64,000 bases of DNA from the human T2T-CHM13v2.0 reference genome, Homo sapiens, in NCBI RefSeq assembly GCF_009914755.1, contig NC_060945.1. One strand, written 5' to 3'. The stretch's first letter is position 1, and each line of letters opens with the position of its first letter. The notes beneath the pieces are model-generated. The model had not been told where the DNA came from. It worked only from the letters and a program-made list of their open reading frames with translations, and searched no databases. Positions 1-13,210 of this stretch are shown piece by piece. A program made the position numbers and the translations under genes.

Positions 1-575
1 AAATTCTCAATAAAATACTGGCAAACTGAATCCAGCGGCACATCAAAAAGCTTATCCATTACGATCAAGTCGGCTTCATACCGACTTGCCTCCAAAGCTT
101 GCCTCCAGCTTTGTTCTTTTTGCTTAGGATTGTCTTGGCTATATGGGCTCTTTTTTGGTTCTATATGAAATTTAAAGTAGTTTTTTTTTCTAATTTTTTG
201 AAGAAAGTCAATGGTAGCTTGATGGGGATAGCATTGAATCTATAAATGTCACATCCGTTGCACGGACATGAATGAAGCTGTAAACCATCATTCTCAGCAA
301 ACTAACACAAGAACAGAAAACCAAACACCGCATATTCTCACTCATACATGGGAGATGAACAATGAGAACACATGTACACAGGGAGGGGAATACCACACAC
401 TGGGGCCTGTCGGGGGTTGGGGTGCTAGGGGAGGGATAGCATTAGGAGAAATACCCAATGTAGATGACCGGTTGATGGGTGCAGCAAACCACCATGGCAC
501 GTGTATACCTATGTAACAAACCTGCACGTTCTGCACATGTACCCCAGAACTTAAAGTAAAATAATAATAATAATT
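1..575 (+). mobile_element. Rearranged L1PA (L1PA7/8-like) 3' portion: sense ORF2 fragment (1-82), inverted ORF2 fragment (~99-248), sense ORF2 end plus 3'UTR and A-rich tail (~263-575)
   Basis: Segments align by eye to 17887-17969 (+), 18728-18872 (-) and ~19998-20295 (+) of the full-length L1 in this window. The 3'UTR wording 'aatgtagatgac..gcagcaaaccaccatggcac' is typical of older L1PA. Confidence 0.85.
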
Positions 576-584
576 TTAAAAAAT

Positions 585-770
585 ACTGCCTTTTCTACCC
601 TTTTCAGGGCCTCTTCCTTAGTAGGATGTGAAAACCAGGTACTATAATTGCTCACCTGATTTTTGGTTCTTATGAGGGTGGTTTTCTGTGTGGATAGTTG
701 TTCAACTTGGAGCTCCTGCAGGGGGAACAAACAGTGGAAGCTTCTATTTGGCCATCTTGCTCCACCTCCC
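585..770 (-). mobile_element. 5' end of an older L1 (L1MA/L1PB-type 5'UTR start)
   Basis: The minus strand reads GGAGGTGGAGCAAGATGGCCAAATAGAAGC..., an L1 5' terminus with the YY1 motif AAGATGGC. Confidence 0.65.
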
Positions 771-1652
771 ACTGAAAAGTATTTTTATGCTAAGCAATTT
801 GAAAATATTTAGATGAATAATTTTTAAATAGAGGAAAATCTCTACTCTGAAATCCAAAGTCTTCTGAGTCCATTCTGTTTTTTGTCATGCTAAAAATATG
901 AGGCTTACATATTTTTTACACAGGCCAAATTCTGCTCAGTTAAATACAGCAGATTGTTTAGATTGGTATCTTAAACACAAACTAGATAATCTGGTTCCGT
1001 TGCTTCCATGGCATCTGAATTGGTGTCATCCTCTTTTTCAGAACAAATATCTAAGGATGTTTCCAAGGCATCACAATATTATATTGGCCTAGTTAGAACA
1101 GAAGTGTCATCTCTAAATCTCACACGTGTGTGTGAATGCAAGCACCCTTACTGGTAGAGAACCAGGAAGTCCTTGGTCTGTAAATACCCCAAGAAAGAAA
1201 ACCACTGCTAGCAATATTATAATGCATAAACTAAGCATGATATTTTTAAATATAATTCACACATCCAAGTGTGTGTTGCTGCCTTTACAGTATCCATTTG
1301 GGAAGTTGTGCATTTATTCTAATGAGATTGGCATTGTTCAAAACATGATCTGGAGTTTCTTTTCAACAATGATCTTAATTGTCTGTGGCACATATTTTTG
1401 ACTGTCCATATGGTAAAGTATCTTTATCTTTTGTGTGTAAACTTGATTTCAAAATAACCAAAAGTAAGTCAGAAGTAAATTTTAAGAACAAGAAAGACAA
1501 TTAAATTGGGAAATCCCATAAACAGGTAAGGTGGGTACTGAAGAAGATTTATCTGGATGTATTTACCTTTTGTGAGTTATTAATTTTGCTATACCTCATA
1601 CAGTCAAGTCTTCTTTGAGACAGTTTTGTTGTCTTTACCTTCAGAAGTTATA

Positions 1653-1699
1653 TTAGGTTGGTGCAAAAGTAATTGTGGTTTTTGCCATTAAAGGTAATG
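1653..1699 (+). mobile_element. Half MADE1 / single Hsmar1 terminal inverted repeat
   Basis: TTAGGTTGGTGCAAAAGTAATTGTGGTTTTTGCCATTA preceded by TA matches the MADE1 arm. The second arm is absent. Confidence 0.85.
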
Positions 1700-2777
1700 T
1701 TATTAATAATATCCTGAATTTTACTCTTGACAAAAAGCATAGGTTTTATATTATCTGTGTATATGAGAATGCATGAATGTGTGTATTTTCATAACAAAAT
1801 GGAAGCAAAAATTCTATAGAATTCAATCTTTTATATTTAGCAAAAACAAATATTCCATATATTGTTTAATTCAGCATTGAATAATTAAGCAAAATACTTG
1901 CAATTAACTTGCACATAAACTTCTTAAAAGATATCACATCAAAATATGAGATTTCTTTAAGCTATGTCTTCAATATTTTATGCAAAGATCTGTTCTGAAA
2001 GATGCTTTGGCAAGAATTTTAATAATCTATAAATTTTTTTCTTTAATCTTTATAATAATCTTTATATAATAACCATATTATTTTTGTTAAATATTTTTCT
2101 CCTTTTCAAAATATTGTTTTATAAGTTCTCATGCTCTTTAATTACAATTAATATTTATAAATTTTTTCTATGATTATCTGTATGAGAAATCTTTGATAGC
2201 AAACACAGTAAAATAATGTTTTGCCTTAAGTTTTAGAAACTGAAGTTGTTATAAAACCATTCTATTAGGATTTAAATTATATCACGCCAGCCAGACTTAT
2301 TTATGCAAATGTTTTCTCCCTACCACTGTGCTCATTGAGAAGGACTGCTGACCCAGGTGTTTTGTAGCTTTTAAAATAATTGTTCAATATGATATTAGGT
2401 TGTAGAATGTGGTCACAAATTTCTCAAGTCTAGAGAAGTCCATTCCAGAAGTCTAGCAGGTCTATTCCACTGACTCTCAACTTTATTATGCTTATGCTTG
2501 ACTCTTATGTCTTTCCTATTTAACTTATTTTATAAAATGTAGAACATATGTTTTGAAAGTCAAACCATACCAAAGTCAAACCTGGTGGGAGTGCTACAAC
2601 TGTAAAAAGGTGGAAACACTCAGTAAGCAGTCAAAGTTTGGCATGGAAATAGACACGGCTGCAATAAGGTAGTGGACTTATGGGCTAAGTTTCCTTGCTT
2701 TCATACTTGCATGTAGTGTAGCTAGTTTCCCAAAACACATAAAAGGAAGTCATTTCTCTGTGAAGTGGTCTTTAGAG

Positions 2778-3040
2778 GAGGGTTTTTCTACTTCAGCATT
2801 ATTATTTGAGACTGGATAATTCTTTGCTGTGTGTGTGGATGGGGGTGGGAGGGTTGCTGTGCTGTGCGTTATGAGATGTTTAGCAGCATTGCATCCGTGG
2901 TCTTTGTCCATTAGATGCTGTTGACATCCTTCTTCCCAATTGTGGCCACCAAAAGTGTTTCTAGACATACCCAAATGTCCACTGGGGGAACAAAACCCTC
3001 GTTCCTCACCATTTTCCCTCCTCTGTGGTTGAGAATGACT
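2778..3040. mobile_element. MER20 (hAT-Charlie DNA transposon relic)
   Basis: Motifs 'ggataattctttg', 'gatgtttagcagcat', 'accaaaagtgtttctagacat..caaatgtcc' and the terminus 'ggttgagaa' match the MER20 consensus as recalled. Confidence 0.75.
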
Positions 3041-6000
3041 TCTCTAGATTACCATTTCAAGATTTAGCTTAAGTTTCTGACAGTGGTGTTACAGAAGGCC
3101 ATTTTCATCATTGTCATTTATTATTTCATGTTAGTTTAGTGGTTTACTACAAGTAGCCTAGGGTCAAGGAAATATATCCAGTTCATTTAATAGTATTCTT
3201 AATCAACTATGTTCCTAAGTTCTTATGTTTCTTTTAATCTATGAACCTATGTTCCTACTGTTGCCTGAAAGATTCACAAGAGGAAAAATGTACTGAGTAT
3301 AGACAATAAAAAATTTAATGTGGCCAAATATAGCATATATTTAACATTGTAAAGCATATCTCAAATATTTGCAGCATTTCATGGCAACAAAAGCTGCTAT
3401 AGAATAAGTGGGTCAGAATTACCATCAGGGAAGTAGTACCCAAAATATCTTCCGACTATTATAGGCCAGGCCAAAGCAAAAAACAGCTCAATTAGATTTG
3501 GGAGGCATTCCTTCCAGGCTGCTAAAGTATCACCAGTCAAACAGCATTCACAAGAAACACAGGTCTGAGATAACCAAGTTAGTGCTCTAATAAGACTTCA
3601 AATGCTCTGAGAACAAGCTTCACTGTATTTTTGCTCACAGAAGTTTCACATCTATCCTTGCTCAGGCCTAGGATTTTAGTCGGCTAGCAGCAAAAGAAGA
3701 TGAACTTGAAATTTCACTTCAAGAAGTATTAGGCTTTATGGAATATAAAAGTAATTCAGAAGCATAGAAAACCATGAATAATAAACAAACTCTGATAGAA
3801 AATAAATAAAGGAACTCAAGGAATTGCCTTCCAATATCCTTGGCAACCAGAGAAGCAATCAATGAGTTTTAAAACTCCCATATACATATTTGGTGCTCAC
3901 AAATACCTGAATAATAAAGACGATTATCATGCAGAGTGACAAAGTACAGATAAACACACTCCAGCTTTGCAAGTACAAAACCAGTTAAAACCAGTTATTC
4001 TACTCCTGACGTTTAACAAGTAGAGCTTTACACATATACTAAAAGCCACAGTGAACTGGGTGAAAGTTTGTTGGGCCTGGGGAGTGGGAAACTGGCTTAG
4101 TAACACCAGAGTCATCTCAGTGTGTGACCCCTGGCAAACCATGCTCCTGAGAAGACAGCAGAAGGAAAAGGTTGCTTTACCAAAGGTTAGAAATACAGGA
4201 ATATAGAGTGCGTGAATGCAAGCTATGTGACTTATGTAGGCTTTTACATACCAAAGCTGCTTCCAAAGTCAGTAGGAGAGGCTGGTCCCATCAGCTGGAT
4301 AAGCACAGCAAAAATTAAGATGGTTTGATATCCACATCTCCAGTTGCTTAAGTTGTTTACTCTGTTCCCTCTGAATCACATCACATCTTATTTTCAACTG
4401 AAACATGGAAACCTTTCTGGCCTAATACTTCTTTTCCAAATAATATTTATTTTCATGTGGCATTAATCTTTTTTTACTAATTATTCTTGGGTGCAGCATA
4501 TTTTGTAACCACCTAAGCACACACTGATCCAAAGCTGAATATTATAAATAGTTATAATCACATTCATCAAAAAGTTCAAAGTGAGAGTGGGCTAAAAAAT
4601 AAGTAGGAGTCAGAAAGAGAGAGTAGGAGATTGGGTAAAATGATAAAATAATGAGAAAAAGAAATAATTTCTATGTATCAGGTAGGAGAGAGAAGCTATT
4701 TCCTAGGGCTTTGGGGGAAATGAATTTCCCACACCAAAGGTGGAGTAGATTGAAAAACCGATAGATTGCTCTTCACTCCTTCACTGAGGTTCTGAAACTG
4801 TAGGCATTGAATGCTGCATTAAAGATACATGTGCATCTTATTCCTCATAAGTAAATTACATTGTTTTATTACTATGCTGTGTGGCCCAAAAGGCAAGCAA
4901 TAATTTTTAGTGGCTGAGAAGAAACTAGTTTCACAAACAAGGGGCACTTTGAAAAAACAAATGTACTCAAAAAGACAATGTTGCTCTGGGCTTTATTTAG
5001 AATTAAATTCCAGAACTCACTCAAAACTGCAGAACCAGTACTCAAATTTGGTACCCCTTTTGCTCATCCTTCCTAAAGTCACCCTTCACACACAAATCTT
5101 TCCACCCTCCTCTCCAGGCATTTTAAATAGCTGCAGGATTAGAAATTGCAAAACAGATGCCTCCGGCCAAAAGCACCAAGTTTTGCTGATAAATTTTCCT
5201 GAAATCACACAAATGGAAAAAACGGAAGTCAGAAGTGTACATTTTATATTCAGCAGCTAAAGTCTGAAATCTCAGGTTATAAGTAAATTATTTTGTGATT
5301 AAATCCTAATCTCATCAATTTAAAGAACCAAAAACCCAGCTCAATAATCCACCACAATCTTACCTTGAAAATGTGGTTCTCTTATTTGAATGTCTTCTTC
5401 CAGTACTAATTCGATTTCTTTTCCTGAAAATTCTGCCACATGGTGCTACTTTCGGACATTTAATATATTTCATTTATAATTACTCTCACGTGTAAATGGT
5501 ATCTTTAAATAATATGTGCAGGAGTTCTTAATAAGTTTTCACAACTCTCCTTATAAAGCAAAGCTATTCATTTTTAGAGAGTTTGAACGTTTTGGTGTTA
5601 ATTTGATAAATAACAGCTATTGGACAACTGAAGAGAATAACCACTCACAGGCAATCTTCTCTTTGTACTTGATTTTAAAATATTAATATTTCATTCATGG
5701 TGTCTTCTCAAATTAAATTTCTCAGGGTTACTGGACCTCAGATACTAAAAGGACAAAGAAAAGGGACAGATGAGAACAGCTACGAAGCGATAGTGAAAAC
5801 ATATGGTGTCCATCTTGTAAGCATAAGGCTCCCTGGTATTGCTGCCACTCTCCCTGTGCTCGGGAAAGCTGGAAGAAGCCAGTAGGCAATCTGGTGTCTC
5901 GTCAGAAGAGTGCCAGAAACAGGTGTTGCTGACCTAACCCTTTCCTCCTACCACAGATTCTCTTGGTAAATCCTACACTCGTTACCATAGCATTGCTTTC

Positions 6001-7280
6001 AAACACACTTATCAGATGAAAACCAAGTGTTCCAAAATAACAGTTTATATGGAGTCAAAATGCTGAAAATTGCTGTGATTGGTTTTTTCTTTCTCTTTTT
6101 TTTTTTCAGTTTTTAGAATCGGGTAATTTTAAAATTACAATAAAATGCACACATTTTAAGTGTTCCCTGCGTGAGTGTTGATGGTTGTATACACCGATGT
6201 AGCACCACCCAAAACAAGATACAAAACGTTTCAATCACTCCAGAAGTTTTCCTCCTTCTCCTTTTCAGTCAAACCACACTGTACTGATTTCCATTGCCAT
6301 AGACAATTTTGCCTGTCTTTGAACATAATATACTGTATATATTCTTTACATCTGGCTTTTTTTTGCCAATATATATTTTTAAGACTCATTCTTACTGTTG
6401 CATGTTATCACTAGCTCATTCCTTTTCATTACAGAGTAATATTTAACTGTATAAATATACCACAATTTGCTTACTCATTTTCTAAGAAATGGATATTTAA
6501 GTGTTTCCAGATGTTCTTGGAACAGTCTCATATAAGACTTTGTGTAGACGTATGTGATCATATCACCTGGATAAATACCTAGGAGTGGAATTCCTGAGAC
6601 ACAATATGTTTAACTTTTAAGAATGTGGCAAACCTTTCCCCACAATCGTTGTAATATTTTACTCTACTGACTTGTTAGTATTTATCTTTCTCCATATCCT
6701 CATCAATATTTGGTGCTGTCAGTCTTAGCCATTCCAGTGAGTGTGAAATGCTAACTCATTATGATTCTAAATTGCATCTCTCTGACGACTTATGATGTTG
6801 AATAGCTTTTCAGGTGTTCATTAGCCTCATCCTATGTAGGACATCTTATTCCCAAATTTTCTTTTGCTAAGTGTCTTTCCAGACTTTGGCCCATTTTTTA
6901 CTGAGCTGTTTATCTTTTTATTGTTGACTCGTAAAAGTTATTTATATATTCTGGATATGACCTATTCATGAAAAATAAGTGATGAGAATTTTCAAAGTCT
7001 GTCGATTGCCTGTTCACTTTCTTTTAATGAGCAGAAATTAAATTTTATTGAAAATCAAATATTCTTTGACAGGTGAAATGTTTTTAATTCTAATACATTT
7101 TTGCATACCCCAGGGTTACAAAGATATTATTTATTTTCTTCAAAAAGCTTTTTGATTATAATGTTTATATTTAAGTTTATGATCTATTTCTACGTAATTT
7201 TTGTGTTTTGGGTGAGGTAAGATCAGAGATCATTTTTTGTTTTCTAGTGGATAGCCAATCTTTCTTGCATCATTTGTTTT

Positions 7281-7596
7281 TTTTTTGTTTGATTGTTTAT
7301 TTTGGTTTTTTTGAGACGGAAGCTCACTCTGTCGCCCAGGCTGGAGTGCAGTGGCGAGATCTCTGCTCACTGCAAAATCCCTGCCTCCCAGGTTCCAGCG
7401 ATTCTCCTGCCTCAGCCTCCGAGGTAGCTGGGACTACAGGAGTCCGCCACAGTGTCCGGCTAACTTTTGTATTTTTAGTAGAGATGGGGTTTCACCATGT
7501 TGGCCAGGCTGGCCTTGAATTCCTGACCTCAGGTGATCTGCCTGCCTCAGGCTCCCAAAGTGCTGGGATTATAGGCATGAGCCACCGTGCCCGGCC
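7281..7596 (-). mobile_element. AluS (Sx/Sz-like)
   Basis: Full dimeric Alu. TSD CATCATTTGTTTT at 7268-7280 and 7598-7610. Confidence 0.95.
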
Positions 7597-8019
7597 ACAT
7601 CATTTGTTTTAAGAAAATATTTTCTTTATTAATCTAATTTGCCACTCTGGTCAGATATCAATGTATGTTTGTATGTATGTATCATATACGTGTGTATATA
7701 TCACATATATCTGTATGTGCCAATTTCTGGATTTTGTATTCTGCTTCATCAATCTATTATTTCGCCAACATCATATTCACTTGATTACAGTGACATTGTA
7801 TTAAGTCCTGAAATCAAATAGTGTAAATCCATCAACTTTGTTCTTCTTTATCAATATTATTTTGGTTAGTCTAGATTCTTTGCACTTTCTAACTCACTTC
7901 AAAAGAGCCTGTTTCTAGGTATTTTGGGTTTTTGATGCTATTGTGGACAATATTTTAAATAGCATTTTATAGTTGTTTATTGTTAGTAATTAGAAATGCA
8001 ATTGATATTTGAATATTAG

Positions 8020-8397
<378 letters not shown>

Positions 8398-8559
8398 CAC
8401 ATGGAGTTTTCTACACACAAGCACGTCATTTGTGAATAATGATAGTTTCACTTCTTTTTAATTTTAGTGTGTCATTTCTTTTTCTGGCCTCACTGCACTA
8501 ACTAGAAGTCACAGTACAATGTTGAATACAAGCAATGACAGCTATTCAAATATTTATCC

Positions 8560-9520
8560 TTATCCATATATTTCCCTTTCTGGTGCTTTATTCCCTTTCC
8601 TGTAGATCCTGGCTTCCACATGGTATAACTCCTTCTTAGTCCAAAGAGCTTCTTTTAGTATTTGCTGTAGTATAAATCTGCCACAGACAAATTTAATCAT
8701 TTTTCTTTTAGAAATAATTTTATCTTCATATTTGTAGGATGTCTTTATAGGAAATAGAATTGTGGGCTGACAATATTTTCTTTTAGCATTTTAAAGATAT
8801 TGTTCTATTATTTTCTAGCCTTCACTGTTTCTGATACTGAGACAGCCATTATTCTTGTCATTGTTCCCTTACATATAGTTATCGCTTTTATTTGTCTATT
8901 ATAAGATACTGCTTTTTATTTTGGGTTTACAGTAATTTGACCACGATGTACATAGGTGAAGATATTTTTTATATACTCCACTTAGGGTTGATTACACTTC
9001 TTTGCTGTCTTTCACTTATTTTGAAAATTCTCTTCTATTATCTCTTCAAATATTTCTTCTACCTCATTCTTTCTCTCCTCTCACAGGACTCCAACAACAC
9101 ATATGGTAGATCATTTGATTTGGGCCCACAGGTCTTGGAAATGCTCTTCCATTATTTTCATTGTTTTAAAACATCTCTCTCTGTGTTTCATTTTGGATAT
9201 TTTCCACTGATCAGTCTTTAAGTTTACCAGTTTCTTTCTCACTCAGTTCAGTTGTCAATAAGCCCATTGAACAAATTCTTCTTTTCCCATGTTATGTATT
9301 TCATTTCTAGCATTTCCAACTAACTTTTAAAACATGTGCATTTCATTGATAAAGTTGCCAATCTACTTACATACATTATCTACCCTTTCCACAAGCTGAT
9401 CATAATTATTTTAAAATTCCTGTCTGCTAATTCCAACACCTGGAACATCTCTGCATTTGTTTCTATTGACTATGTGCTCTCTTTAACATGGATTATATTT
9501 TCTTCTTTCATTACTTGTCA
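8560..9520 (-). mobile_element. Ancient L1ME ORF1/5' region remnant
   Basis: Pyrimidine-rich antisense ORF1-like text ('tagaattgtgggctgaca', 'ttagcattttaaagatattgttc', 'gccattattc'). Confidence 0.55.
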
Positions 9521-9524
9521 AACT

Positions 9525-9720
9525 TTTTATTTATATTATTTTATATTATTTATAAAATATAAAATAATTATTTTATATTATTTATAAATATAAAATATTT
9601 TATTTATTTTATATTAGTTATAAATATAAAATATTTTATTTATTTTATATTATTTATTTTATGTATTTATTTATTTTATATTATTTATTTTATTTATGTA
9701 TTTTATATTATTTATTTATT
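9525..9720. repeat. Near-pure AT low-complexity tract with a degenerate ~37-bp repeated unit
   Basis: Repeated 'ttttatattatttataaatataaaatattttattta'-like units, almost no G/C. Confidence 0.9.
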
Positions 9721-12099
9721 GTATAGTGCATAAAGGAATAGTAATGACCAAAGAAAAACAGTATTTTCCCACAGAAAAGTTATGTCCTTTCTTCTGTCTG
9801 GTTGTAAGTTTGTTGAACCGAATCAATCTAACCTAGAGTAAAGCTGTGTTTGGACATTTTCACAGGTTTAGTTACATTCAGTTTACTACTGGCTTTACAT
9901 TATGTGAGAATGAGATCAGGAATTTCTCTTCAGTAGTGTGTTGGAATCCTAGCACCAGTGGTACTCTGGAGATTTATTTGTTCTTTTCATCCAGCCTCCA
10001 GTTTTCTGAACCATGGGGCATCTCTTTATTTTTTATTTATAGTCTCGCTACTAGATTTTTGGTCACTGGGGAGTTTTCTTTGCCTTCATGCCAGATTTTC
10101 TGAATTTTAACCTTGGACCTATTAATGACCGATTGTCTAACTTGAATGAATTCACTGAACTTTTTCATCTCATTACTAAAATAGAATAAGAATCACTACT
10201 TCCATGTGTGTTAAGGAGTGACCTAACATTAAACAGCTAACATGCATATAGGAGAAGCATATGTGTTCTAGTTGAACTGCACGTGAAAGTCAAATTTGTT
10301 AAGAAAATAAAATACTCTTTCCAGCTCAATCTGTCTCTATCATTAACATTTTGAATTCAGTACTGTTGAACCAAATGCCAAGTCAGCAACTAATTATATT
10401 TTTCTTCTATAGGTCTATCTTTTTAAAAATAAGACAGTATTAAATCAGCCTGAGTTATTAGAAAGGATAGTGGGAGCACATGATCAAATTAAAAATTACA
10501 TAGATTCCTGAAATAATTTTATTATTTGCAATTTTCTAGTGACCTCCAGAACTTCATGACATGTGATATTTTAATGCAGAAACATACTGAAAGACAGACA
10601 GCATGTAAATTCACAACCTCTGTGTTATAGACTGCATGAAAGGTAGATGAGAAAAGAAAGAAAAAGAAGAGAGAATACCAGGGAGTTAATATTCAGCATC
10701 ACTTTATCAGCCATGCAATGGATTAACATTCATTAATCCAGTATTGTAGCTGAACAGAGTAGCACAGAGAGTTTCTGTACTCTCTCTGTAACTGTGGTTT
10801 AAAAAAAGAAGTTTGCATTGTTGAAATTAACCCATATCCACTGCCAAAAGTACATGATCCAGTGGCTAACATGTAATGATGCTATTTCTAAAAAATGTGT
10901 TGTAATTAAATGTCACAGTCTTGCATATATTTCAGACAACTCAGCACTGAAGTCAAGTCAGGTCACTGATAGAAAGTTATTGGTCAATGATCCCATTAAG
11001 CATGTGAAGTGATGCTCTATATTCAAAACGACTTCATCTTCTCTAAGGATAAAACCACCACCTGATCCCAAAGGGTGTATCCTTGTCCTCATGAGAACTC
11101 CATTAAAAATTAATATCTCCACCAATTACAGTAAGCTGGAAGGAGATTCTACTTTTATTGTGGTGAAACTTTTTATAATGAGAACATTGCTAGGAAAAAA
11201 TATCTCAACTAAGAAGAGTATAAGGTCAAAAAAAGAATTGAAAGCACTTTCCCTTTACCTTATTGTCTCACAATAAGACCTAAGAAAATATGTGTGGTCC
11301 AAGATTGCTTGTGATATATACCTTACTCTGACCATATTTGTAAATTCTTGTACTGAAGGCTAAATAAATTCATGAATTGAAATGTTCCTCCTGAGCTTGG
11401 AACAAATATATTTCACGTTTGTAAGTTCTTCTCATAAGGATGATTTTTGAAATTTCATAGACTAAACATACATTTATATCTTCCCTCTCACTCCAAATCA
11501 CACAGAGTAAAATATTTTATGCCTATTAAAAGTACAAGCAATGAACCACAAATTTTGTGAATTTCAGAGAGACAGACAGCATATACAATCATGCCTTTAG
11601 CAAAATAAAACTGAATGAAACTATAGGCTAGAATACACCTAGAAGAAGCCTGTTGTTGAAGGGGGAGGTTTGAAAGTCCCCAAGTCCAGTATTAGAAGTT
11701 TTAAAAATTAAGACAGAACCCTCAAACATTTAAAGAGTAATTAGTTGGAAGGCTCCTTTTGGAATAGCAGACGAGTTGATTTCTTTCTTTCCTGTCTTTT
11801 GCACTATGTGGGCTTTAACAACTGGCTAGAGAAGAATATTGATGTTGGAGAAGACTTACAGTGCTAGGTAGCTACTCACTTCCAGGAGTGATGAGAACTT
11901 CCACATTTGAAAGATAAGCTTCCATTCCAAATGTTTCCCCCATTTGTTGGGGATAGATTCTGGTAATGCAAAGAACAAGTAAGCGGTGACTCTCAAATAC
12001 AAAGCTATAGGCAGCCAAGATGTGCTAAACATTTTACAAAAGTCAGTAATAGAGAAGCTAGGCATTAACAAAAAGAAGAATGACCACCCCCTTCTTAGA

Positions 12100-13210
12100 A
12101 AGAGTTAATAAAGTTAACAAAAAGACTTAGAATAAATATGAATAGTTGAAAGACTTGAAAGAACATTTCCTTTATGTAGAAGTATCTGCTACAAAATTTA
12201 ATTTTAAAAATTCTATCTTCTCAGAATTAAAAAAATAAGAAAATTTCAATAGGTAGGCAATAATAGCAGCAATACATACTTTATGGTGAATTAGTGAGTT
12301 GAAAGATTGAGCTGAAACATTTTCACATGGAATAGAACAGATGGACAAAAGAAAGGAAATTATAAGTGCAGAGTTAAATGACATGAAGAGTATTATCTTG
12401 ATATTCCCAAATCTAGATTATAGGAATTCCAGACTGAAAGAAATGAGAAAATGCAAGGATGTATATAATCAAATAAATATCAACCCAAAAAAATCCTCAG
12501 GTCTGGAGAAAGCATAAATCTTCAAATTAAAAGTGCTAAGCCAGATTTTATAAGAGCCAAAGCTACATGCATCATTGTGAAATTTCAGAATTTCAAGGAT
12601 AAACTCAGAGAAAAACAACTTGAAAAAAAAATCAAACTCTGAAAAGTCAGCCTGCCATCAGCATAACTCCTCATAAAGACAACTCAGTACTAGAAGTCAT
12701 TAACATCTTCCAAATTAAAGGGGGTGATGATTTTCAACCTACAATCCCATACCTAGCCAAACTAGCATTTGAGTGAAAGAGATTCTAAATACATATTCAG
12801 ACAAGAAAAGCCTCCAGCTAAGCAATCTCTGAAAGAATTACTTGAGGATACACAGCAAAAAATAAGTAACGAATCCAGAAAAGGACATCACGTGGTCCTA
12901 AATATACAAAAGTGTAATAAGCAAATTCATACTAAAACCTAAATAATTGTTGATGTGCAACACTAAACCAAAACATAATAAACACTTGGAACAAAAATTC
13001 CACATAAACTCAGTATGAAATATGGTAGAATTAATGAAGAGGAAAAAATCAAAGGTGAGAGAAGATTTTTACTTTTTGGGAAATGGAAGCAGATAATCAT
13101 TAATCTTAAATATCAATAGAACAATACAAATTTTTAAAAATGTGTTAAAAATGTAAGAGTAAGTATTAGAAGTGTAAGATCTATATCTTCTAAATCATAG
13201 TATTAAAAAA
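12100..13210 (+). mobile_element. HAL1 / L1ME ORF1-like remnant
   Basis: A-rich sense ORF1-like text ('ataggaattccaga', 'catcattgtgaaatttcagaa', 'atacctagccaaacta', 'gaattacttgagga'). Confidence 0.55.

Noticed and set aside
4910-5260. 116-aa ORF here and similar 100-140-aa ORFs at 13210, 20547, 31333, 34570, 44803 and 56723
   Set aside because: Mostly non-ATG starts or repeat overlap, no recognisable motifs, and lengths within chance expectation for 64 kb.
10950-10966. AAGTCAAGTCAGGTCA as a nuclear-receptor element feeding back on NRIP1
   Set aside because: Only one perfect half-site and no canonical ERE or direct-repeat spacing.
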